DNA of 64,000 nucleotides from Azolla caroliniana. Taxonomy: Eukaryota; Plantae; Polypodiophyta. The notes under the pieces are model-generated. The model did no database searches and was not told the DNA's origin. It was given only the letters and a program-made list of their open reading frames with translations. This document shows, in pieces, positions 14,815 through 24,730 of the stretch (position 1 is the stretch's first letter; each line of letters starts with the position of its first letter). Location: the NCBI GenBank assembly GCA_043228905.1, contig JBHGNT010000016.1, positions 6,758,001 to 6,822,000 of the forward strand, written 5' to 3'. Position numbers and translations under genes: made by a program.

Positions 14815-14910
14815 AGCGCCCATCAGTGTAACTATGACAATATGAAATAATCCATCATCCACTCCAAAGAGTGTTTAGTCTTTCTCGAAAATTAATCGTC
14901 ATTTGGGGCT
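14815..14910 (-). ncRNA. Box C/D snoRNA, SNORD46/U46(U40)/snR63-like; predicted 2'-O-methylation guide for LSU helix 69 (yeast Am2256 equivalent)
   Basis: Minus strand: terminal stem AGCCCCA/TGGGCGCT, box C variant ATGACGA (14896-14902), box D CTGA (14823-14826) preceded by TTGTCATAGTTACA. This is antisense to the conserved 25S sequence GTAACTATGAC; the D+5 rule points to the second A of GUAAC. Confidence 0.9.
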
Positions 14911-15312
14911 GTTCTCTTAAGCTACTAAATCACAGTCGGGGCTACAAGCCACAATCACAACACTGGACTTAAGGTCAAATTAATTCGAACATCTATGGCA
15001 TTTGCAGGCCTCACATTACTTAGTACAGTCGACACTGCTACTCCTAGAGTCTTAACTAAAGTGGAAAGCCCAAAACCTTCATACACTAATTCTCGGACAC
15101 ACAGATCAAAACGTTTGCGACTGAATATTGTCTCCTTTGCATCATCCATTTCAGTATCTCGCGTTAGGACCTTCTTCTCCGATTCCCAATAACTATGCAG
15201 GTTTCCACAACACTTAGGAATGTCAGACAGAAGGCATTCACCTCCAGTATCGAATAGGTTTTCACAGTTTCCTTTCAAAGGCAGATTATTGCGCTGCTAG
15301 AGTAGCAACTGG

Positions 15313-15480
15313 AAATGTTGCGCCGTGGATTGGGCAAATACCTTAAACAGAATAATCAAATCAAGGCAGCTCACCTTACGACACAAATATTAACTTTACC
15401 TGCACCAAATGGATCAGTGAGAGAGATCAATGGGAAAATTCACCCTCCAGTACTTCTTGAGAGTACTGATCTGATACAGG
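15313..15480 (-). ncRNA. Candidate H/ACA-like snoRNA (hairpin-hinge-hairpin-ACA)
   Basis: 5' stem CCTGTATCAGA/TTTGGTGCAGG, A-rich hinge, 3' hairpin GTGTCGT/ACGGCGC with upper stem TGCCTTGA/TTAAGGTA, then ACA+3 nt. No canonical ANANNA H box. Confidence 0.35.
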
Positions 15481-15811
15481 AAAACATAGCAAAGTACACA
15501 ACAAGACTATCATATGTAGGGGAAAAAAGATAAATTGAAGTAGTTAGCCCCCACATACTTGATAATAATCCTAGGTTCACCGGAAACGACAATTGAAACG
15601 ACACAGACATGGCACTATGGAACGAACAGAATTAAAGACCCTAAACAGAAGAAAGTGCAAATCATTAGATCTCACCACCGTTCGCAGAAATCATCCTATA
15701 GATCTTAAAATTCGGGTGAAAGAAGAACACGTATAGAACAAATTCACTACACCTCCTCCAAATAAGGGATGTTCAGCATGTGGAAAACAGAGAGGAGATG
15801 CAATGGTCAGT

Positions 15812-15915
15812 GAGCTTCAGTCTGCAGATGAAGAGTTATCGGCACAGTGTTAAAATTAACTACTACGTCCCGAAAGATGGTTTATTTTATGCAGTATTTA
15901 TCTCATCATTAGCCC
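15812..15915 (-). ncRNA. Box C/D snoRNA, SNORD2/snR39b-like; predicted guide for LSU Gm805 (yeast numbering)
   Basis: Perfect box C ATGATGA (15903-15909), box D CTGA (15817-15820), terminal stem GGGCT/AGCTC, and a 13-nt element ACCATCTTTCGGG antisense to conserved 25S CCCGAAAGATGGT (15869-15881), followed by A and a degenerate D' (CGTA). Confidence 0.85.
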
Positions 15916-15988
15916 ACCAAGCAAGGAAGAAAGGCAAGCACCTGTCTCTCACTCTCTCTCTTTCTCTCTGAGTGTCTGCATACTCAGG

Positions 15989-16165
15989 TATATAAAGCCC
16001 ATACCCAGCTTCAGAATTATATTTGTTTATGGAAGATCTAGGGTTAGGGTTTCCGATATATTTGTTCTTTATGTGTTCACACTGCTACATTTCCTTTTTC
16101 AAGTAGACCTAGGGTTAGGGTTTCTGATACATATGTTCTTTATGTGTTCACACTGCTGATGGGCC
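15989..16165 (-). promoter_or_regulatory. TATA + site II + duplicated telo-box promoter driving the snoRNA cluster
   Basis: TATATA 15989-15994; site II TGGGCY at 15996-16001 (minus) and 16160-16165; telo-boxes AAACCCTAACCCTA at 16039-16052 and 16110-16123 within a 71-bp duplication. Confidence 0.7.
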
Positions 16166-16289
16166 AAAAACCTAAAAACAAAGCTCATACCAACAACTCC
16201 CATGGACACCATGTCCAAGACCACATCACACACTCACAACATAAGAGAGTTGACAAGCTTGAAAGCCAGAGAGAGAGAGAGAGAGCACT

Positions 16290-16950
16290 TGGCAAACATA
16301 CGTGGATGGAAGAAAGGTTATAAAAGTATGGGGTTTTCATAAGCCCATTACCTGGTGGTTTCATGTGATCAAGGCAAGTTCATGTTCTCGTTTGATGTTG
16401 CGAGCTAAGGTATTCATTTGGATAGTTATGGTGAGAAGTCTACAATTGGGGGATGCATTAAACAAAAGAAACATTGCTATATGTATCTTTCTTCATCATT
16501 TTGGTGCTCCAAGGAGGGTAAAATGTTTCTATATCAATAGATGGGCTTGTTTGTAGCCAATGTAGCTTTTCAATTTGCTTTAGGTGGGGATGGGGTTCAA
16601 GATGCGGGAGCTTCCTTGGGCACCTTTGAACATCATGTAGTATCGATAGAGAATATGACGGTTATGAAGAGACTTCCTTTATTTGTGGCCATTTTCTATG
16701 GAAGAGCAAGGGATTGGTATGGTCCTTGCAACCTAACCAACAAGTAAATTACTAATTGTTGGTGCAACAATTTTAAGCAAAGTAATATTATTTGATATCA
16801 TAATGCAACGAAAGTCTGGGAGGAACTTTCACTTACGAATGTCCTCAATAATAGACTATATCGATTAGGAGAGGGAATTTATTGACCTTTGGACTACATG
16901 AATTCGATTGCGTGGTGGAATAGAGGATGAATGGTTTAAGATGACTCGCT
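16290..16950 (+). mobile_element. Degenerate LINE 3' fragment (zf-RVT region)
   Basis: RAKVFIWIVMVRSLQLGDALNKRNIA resembles the zf-RVT motif of L1-type ORF2; clear nucleotide similarity to 42985-43280. Confidence 0.6.
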
Positions 16951-17488
16951 TCAAAGCATGATTAAGTCTACACTTTTCTACCTTTGAAAAACGCCCCTAA
17001 CTTTACCCATTCAATTTCCTTCCTTCTTTGATTGTTATGATACTTAAACTTTATTCTTGGACATCCTAGCATCCAACATATTTGCAACAATATTATCTTT
17101 TGAACAAAAACTAACTTCACAAATATATGTATTAGGACCATGGAGATATAGTATGTCTCACAATCAATGTTTAAGCAAGGATGCCTATCAACACTTGTAT
17201 TCTTTGGCCTTTACATAGAGAAGCTTTAAACATATATTGAAGGAGGAGTTTGACAAAGCTTTGTATGAATTATGATACTTGTTTTGCTTTATGCCAACGA
17301 TGTTGCACCCTCCACGTTTTGTACTTGCACATTTCTGTCCCATCTTCTCTGCAAATAGTAGGATTTGGACAAAAGCATTATCATTAAGCCTCAAAGGAGT
17401 ACTTGATTAGGCTCTTGATTGTATGCATACAAACGACCTACCCACACTTTGACAAGGTGGAAGCATTCCTCCAAAGTGAATGAAAGCG

Positions 17489-17934
17489 ATAATGGTTGAG
17501 CATAGTAAGGCTATCAAATCCCAACTACCAACATATAGGGATGGGACATTATCAGACCCCACTTTTGTGAGGCATAGCAAAGGAAGGCCATCAACTTTAA
17601 TGTTGGAGACTCTTGATTCCCGAAGCGCAAATTTAGTGTACTTGAGACCATGCAGTCAATGGGGATATGGAGATGATTTCTCTCATCTTCTTTCGTTATC
17701 CGGGTTTTGTCATAATGGTTGAGCATAGTAAGGCTATCAAATCCCAACTACCAACATACAGGGATGGGACATTATCAGACCCCACTTTTGTGAGGCATAG
17801 CAAAGGAAGGCCATCAACTTTAATGTTGGAGACTCTTGATTCCCGAAGCGCAAATTTAGTGTACTTGAGACCATGCAGTCAATGGGGATATGGAGATGAT
17901 TTCTCTTGTCTTCTTTCGTTATCCGGGTTTTGTC
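17489..17934. repeat. Near-perfect 223-bp tandem duplication
   Basis: 17489-17711 and 17712-17934 differ at only a few positions. Confidence 0.95.
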
Positions 17935-18242
17935 ATATCCATTCCTAGAACGAGCAATAAGATGTTAAAAGAGCCACATTGGTTGGTCTTTTATATGTTG
18001 TATCGAGAGACATGGGCAAACTTCTCCTTCGTCGTTGTCTCCGTAAACCCGAACATATCTACGAGAAAAAGTCTGGCTCCGCCCAAGTGTGAAACCAAAC
18101 TCCTTTGAAGTTCCGTAAGGAAATACGTACAGAGCTTGATTCAGCTACAGTTGCGGAAACAACTATAGCGAGGTTCCATCGCTCCCTTCTTTCTGATCAT
18201 CATCATCATCATCAGATCATCGTCCATCCCTCTTCTTTGATC

Positions 18243-21200
18243 ATGAAGCCATGGAAACCTAGTACTAATTCGAAGCCTTCGAATACTAGTATTTCTTCCA
18301 AAACTCATCCCAGCACCACATCCAATTCTTCGTCAAAACCTTCTCCTGCGAAGAATATTAACAATGAAAAGAAAACAAGTCATGGTGAAGATAGAAAGGT
18401 ATGGCCTTTCTTTCAGTCTTTTCCTCTTCTGATGTGGCATTATATAAAATGAAAACTAGATTGTTTTTGTTTGTGCATTACTCGTGAATTGTTGTTAAAC
18501 TGAATATTGACCTAAAATTTATGTATGACTTAATTCGATGTGGAATTTATAGATATAACTGGAGTTCGATGCCTATGCATGTAACTGTAAATGGAATATG
18601 AAGCTTACATTTCATGTCTGGCTTAGTGGAATTTGTTGGAAGCGGTTGATTTACAAAGCCTTTGTAAATGGAAATTGTTGTTGTCAAATAGATAAAGTCT
18701 AATGTGTGTTCGATAATTAATGTTGGTCGCAGTTAATAGATGAAGCTTATCACGTTTACTTTGAAACATTAACCGTTGTTATAGATGGATAGAAGTTAGT
18801 CATGTTCATGTATATAATTAATGTTGGTCGCAGTTAATAGATGAAGCTTATCACGTTTACTTTGAAACATTAACCGTTGTTATAGATGGATAGAAGTTAG
18901 TCATGTTCATGTATATAATTAATGTTGGTCGCAGTTAATAGATGAAGCTTATCACGTTTACTTTGAAACATTACCCGTTGTTATAGATGGATAGAAGTTA
19001 GTCATGTTCATGTATATAATTAGTTGTTGCTGTCAAATAGATGAAGCTTAATCATGTTTATGTATATTATAATTGTTGTTAATGGATGAAGCTTAATCAT
19101 AACTGATTGTCATCAAGTGGATGATGTGGAATCATCTTTGTGAATGTAACTGATTATTTCCAAATGGATGAAGCTTATCATATGTTTATGAATAAAATAT
19201 CTGGATGGATCAAATCACCTAGCTTTATGAATGATAACTGTTGTGAATTGTTGGAAGGTAATCATGTTTATGAACTTGTTACAAATGGATTCAACTTACG
19301 GATATTAGTTGTTGGATGAATCTAGTCATGTAACTCAGAACGTTGCGTGTGGTAGATGGATGAATCTATTCATGTAACTACAAATGTTAATTGTTGTTAA
19401 TTGATGAACCTAGTCATGGAACTTACAAATGCCTCCTGTCGTTAATGGATGAATGCAGTCACGTTGATTCGGAATGTTAACTGTGTCCTTAATGGATGAA
19501 TCTAAACATTTTACTTATGAATGTTAATTCTTGTTGTTGATGCTGGATATACCTAATCGGTGTTTCTTTACGAGTGTTGTTTGTTATTAACATACAGTCT
19601 CTCTCTTGTCATATGTATAGCAAGCCAAATCAGCTCATACATCGACCCCTTCTTCCCCAAGTAGCGATCAAAAAATAACGTCAGGAAAGGAAACACCTTC
19701 CCCAAACAGTGATGAAAAGATAATATCAGGAAAAGAGTTGCCATCTTCTCCAAGCAGTGACCAAAAGATCATGCCAGGAAAAGAAACGCCTTCTTCTCCA
19801 AAGAGTGATCAAATGATGAGTAGAGGAAAATTTGATGCAGAGAACTTAGCAGCTGAGGAAAGCAATCTCGTAGAATCAGAACTGGAACAAGAGAAAAGCA
19901 TAAATTCTGGCGAGGCTATTGAAACAGAGAAAGGCAATATATCTGAAAGAATTACATCAGTGGATGATAATATGACACTGGATGGAAGGAAGGATTTGAT
20001 GGCAGGATCAGAAAAAGATAATTCGTTACAGATTAAAACTTCAGGAGGTTTGAGAATGAAAAATCTTCTTAATAACAACCGGGCGAGAGACTTAGCTTCG
20101 TCTGAAACTGGATGTGATGAACAGGTGAGTTTTCACTCTTCCTTTGTTGCGATTAGTCCAATGAAAATAATGACCTTATGCGAATTTTTTATTTATTTTG
20201 AGCCTTACTTGAGGAAACATATATTGAATACAAATATGCTTATGGACAATAATAATAGATGGAAAGTAAAGCTTTGAAGCAGACGAGCAGATCACTTGAT
20301 ATGCTTATTACGGAGCATATTCTTCATAGCGAGCAAGAAGGCTTTCTGTTTTCTAAGGTGATATTTAGCATCTAATTCTTTAATCTTAATTTTCGTAACT
20401 CTGCAAAACCAAAATTTCCTCTCCTGAAGGTTTTCGAGTCTTCACTAAGGTAATTAACATCTACTTATCTGCTTTGCAATTTTTTAATTCTTCTCAGTAT
20501 GACGGCTCGTTTTCTGAGGTTTCTTGTCAAATAAAAGAGCATTAAAATTCCAAAATTGATTCTAGTGGAGTCTTTACAGACCGTCTCTAGAACATTGTTT
20601 TCCTTCACCTCTATGCAAACACAAATGTTTAGAAAATTTTACACCTCTTGATAGATTATAAGAAGTTTTCCCTTCATCTGTATTCATAATAGAGTGAAGA
20701 AATTCAATAAACCTTGTGGTCAATCAGTGAAGAAATTTTACATCTCTTGATCTATTTTCACTATCGGAGGTAATGCTTGTAGAATTTCTGAAGCAATCAG
20801 TAACAAATGGATATCACTTCGGTAGTAAGAAAATTTCTTTGCTTTAGCTCTATGCTAATGATGGAATTTAAATTAATGCTAATTTCTACTCTAAAAATAG
20901 AATACCGATTGAAGGAACCAAAAGAAAACATCCTAAATAAGAGTGGAAATGGATCTACATTTTCTGTAACTATGGAGAGAGAGTATGTAATGATCTAACT
21001 GTAGGAAGCTTTCTTTCCTTACACGTAAATACTGTAGTTTCTCATAATAGAAAACTCTGGAATGAGAGTTAAATAGAGAACTGTCGAAAGAACAGGCTGT
21101 TAGAAGCTTCTTGAATGCACATAAATGTCAGCTTCAACTTTCATCAGTTATAATAGAGTGAATAAACTGAAAGGAGAAGAAAAAACTTCCGATATGTGAG

Positions 21201-21820
21201 GATGAATGGAGATACATTTTTTGTAATTAGGTATTGAAAGAATCTTTCTGAAAAAACTGATTTCCTTCCAACCTTTGAGTAATGTTAACATCAGGGCATA
21301 AATGCTCACTACCCTCTTTATCTTTCTTTTTTTCTGTTATATGCAGGGAGAGCAACTGGTATTGAAAGGAGGTTCAGATTGCAACTCAGAAGAAATCTTG
21401 CAAAAAGCAGAAGATCATTATAATACATTACAAACTGATAAACAAGATATATCAAGAAATTTGAATAATATTCATATTCCTCTGGAAGCAGCTGTTGTGA
21501 AACTACCTTCAGATAATAATGTGAAAGCACACCAGGCCACCTCTATATTACCTTATCATAAACCTACAGATTTCATGGAACCTTTGATAGCCAAGGATAA
21601 ACCTTCACACAAATTAGAATCTTCCAGGGGAAATCATCCAAACAAAGACTCGTCACGTAAATATCCCTCTTTTTGGTCGGATTTATTGGCCATATTACGG
21701 AACCTCTACACGGGGCGAGCTTTTCTTCTTTCTTCAATGGTGCTTCCAACTGTTTGCATGATTTGGTTCATCTGTGCAGGTGTTAATCTTGATGGTAGCT
21801 TTTACCTTCCCCCAACATAA
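18243..21820 (+). CDS. Orphan tail-anchored protein with plant KASH-like C-terminus (~400 aa); exons 18243-18398, 19621-20124, 20283-20357 (probable), 21347-21820
   Basis: All junctions are phase-0 GT-AG and keep the frame open. Ser/Pro/charged disordered body, then hydrophobic segment AFLLSSMVLPTVCMIWFICAGV and tail NLDGSFYLPPT-stop. Confidence 0.75.
18713..19560. repeat. Intronic minisatellite: three near-identical 101-bp units followed by degenerate ~45-50-bp monomers
   Basis: Units start at 18713, 18814 and 18915; the ATGGATGAAGCTTA core recurs to ~19550. Confidence 0.9.
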
Positions 21821-23501
21821 GTATATATTCTTAGGTGCTTAACATACATATATGATAAGATTACTTCAAAGTTCAAACTATCCAAGTGCCACCTTTCCAA
21901 TATGCTTCTTTATATACAATAATACATACATACATACAATATGCTTCTTTATATACATACATACATACATACATACATACGTTTCCTTTAAACTATCCAA
22001 ATACTAATTTCCCGATATACGCTCGTTAATTATACTTACCTTCCCAAAATACTCTCGTTGCATATACATATGTAGTAAATATATATACTAAGTTTTCTCA
22101 AATCTAAAGTTCATGCATATCCATTCATGATCTTTCGTTAAACTATCCTATAGCAAAGTAGTACCTTCCAACTCTCATGCATACATTAGATTTCTTTTAA
22201 ACTATCCCCAAATTACCACTTTTTTTTTCCAAAAAACCCAATTACCACTTTTTCAACATACTTCCATGCACATGTATACATCCATAAACCTACTTTAAAC
22301 TATCCAAGTATATAATAGGTTTGACACATTGTTATTTTTTGGTGCCCATGGCTCAGACTTAAGTCATTCATAAGCAATAATCACATTGCAAGAGCCAAAG
22401 TCAATAATAACTGTAATTGTATTGAAACTTAACATTGCTATGTACGTAAAAATCAGTTTTTGAGTGATTGATCTTTTCAATAGGTTCTATTTTTCACCAA
22501 AATCAACATTTGTCCACATTGTGTTAGAGCCAAGACTTGGTGACTCATGAACTATGTACATAGAAATCAATTTTGAGCGATTGATACTTTCAATAGGATC
22601 TATGTTTAATAGTCTTTGGTCAAGTTAACATAAATCTCGTAAATGAGTAGTGAATTTGAGGTTTATAGAGTTTAGGGGTTGTGTTAGAGGATACGTTCTA
22701 CCCTAAACAATTTCTCATATTCGAAGTAAATAGATTTTCTCATAAACCTTGTCAATGGTGACTTTTGAATTTGAATGGCGTATTGCAAAGCTTAAAACTT
22801 ATTTTGAAGAAATTGCAAATGGCTGAAATTATACTTTTACTGAAATTCGAAATCGACATTCATCTATTTGAAGGCCCAACAACACTCCTTATACACGGCT
22901 CATATTAGGAAAGCATTGTATATAAAAAAAAACCTTTTTGTTCTATGCATTCTATTTATTTTAGGAGGAAAACATCACACTTTAGGTATCCTACGTGAAG
23001 AAGCCATAAAGTTCTTGATTGGAGCATAAGTAATCTTTGATTGGTTTGCTAATCAGGTTATGTGGCACATGAGTCAAAGCAATTAGAGTAAAAGATACAA
23101 AAAGAATTTATTGATAGTCATTTACCTTCAATGCTATTTATACTAATAAGCAGCTTTTGAACTTAGAGTACATGTTACAACCAAGGAAAGGCTTTGAGAA
23201 TATCTAACTAGATCATGCCATGTAGAATTGTTAGGTATCTATTGGATATTTCACATCTAATGTTCGAGTCTTGGGATACTCTCACCATCCCTTGTAGCTC
23301 GTAGAAATAGACCTAAGAGAGGGAGAAAGAGTTAAGATTAACATTGTAAATAGAGTATAAATGTAACTTGTACAAACCTTTATACCATCTCAAGAGTGAA
23401 ATACTTTAGTTAAATGAGTAGGAAGTATAAAGGTAAAATTATAAACCTTTTACAAGGGTTCTTTCTTATTCTAACAAATACCCTAAAGCAAAAATTTAAG
23501 C

Positions 23502-23543
<42 letters not shown>

Positions 23544-24730
23544 AGACTTATATATAAGTTAAGAGCTTAATCTTGTATCTTCCCTATTTATATTTAAGTG
23601 TGGATTAATTGGAACAACATCATGTTGGTGATTTCCTATCATGTTGCTAGTTTATCGAGGAATTGACTGTGATAAAGTCTCTTAGAGTTTAAGTGTCTAA
23701 TTAATCTTGTGTTAGTGATTAAGTTGTGATTGAGGGTAGAGCTTGTTTTACTAGTTGGTGTTAATTGCTCCAAGGTGATTGACAACCACTCTCACTTTTC
23801 TTGTCCACAAAAAGGTGGATGCTGGATGTTCCCTATATTGACCTTGAGATATGGTTCTCAAGAAGAACACCAAGCAAGAAATAAAAACAATGAAGATATT
23901 GAAAATTGATATATGTTCAGTGCATTATTGAGAATTGAAACCTTCCTTTAAAGCTAGTGGTGAGCTTTTTGTAAGAGCCCACAATGTTTATGCAAAGGAG
24001 GTGAGGAAGAACCATCTCCTACAATTAATCACAAGATTTTAATTGCTCGTGTTTGTTTTGCGAACATTTTTATTTTAAAACCTGCAATTTATGTTGAAAA
24101 CTCATGGTTAGCAAATTTTATGTTAATCTTTTATTTGTTTTCTATTGCTGATTGATAACTAGTATTTCATCCATTCCTGATGTGATTCAGAATCCTCAAA
24201 TTTGGATTGTTAAAAGTACTTTGCACCTTTGATTAAATTACAATCACAATGCCATTGCCCGTCTGGAACTATGGACTTACACTTCTATACAAGATTCTTC
24301 CCAAACAGCAAAAGTTCTTGGCATCTTTTATGCATTGAATTAAATTACAATTAAAATGCACGGTGTGGGTCAGGTTGAGGTCCATCAAAGATGCGAAAAG
24401 TACCTCGACTATTTGAATTTAATGCTTTACTATGCAAATCGAAGTGCAAAGCCATAAAGTAAAGGTAACACCATATCATATATCAAGAAGTATCAAGGCC
24501 ATATGACTCGTACCACTACGTGCCAAATAAGAGATTACAAGGATATTACATAAAAAAAAAGAAACGGGATTAAGAAATATCTACATACATAGGAGCTTTG
24601 GTTGTTCTGTATGTACAAGGCTAAAACACATACATATATACACACACATTCTGTTGCCAAGATATGATTAAAAAAGAGGAACCCAAAAACCGAAAAAGAC
24701 ATTCCCTATGTTTTGGTAGCAAGGAGCACT

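Noticed and set aside
14930-14950. ACAGTCGGGGCTAC resembling RNase MRP CR-V
   Set aside because: No matching CR-I (GAAAGTCCCC) upstream, and it would overlap the antisense snoRNA.
14955-15278. 107-aa minus-strand ORF
   Set aside because: Starts at TTG just after an in-frame stop, has no recognisable motif, the upstream exon candidate is closed in all frames, and it lies between two snoRNAs.
16039-16123. TTAGGG repeats as interstitial telomere
   Set aside because: Only two units per site; better explained as promoter telo-boxes.
23229-23476. TGTTAG...CTAACA solo-LTR-like segment
   Set aside because: No TSD, PBS or PPT and no second copy in the window.
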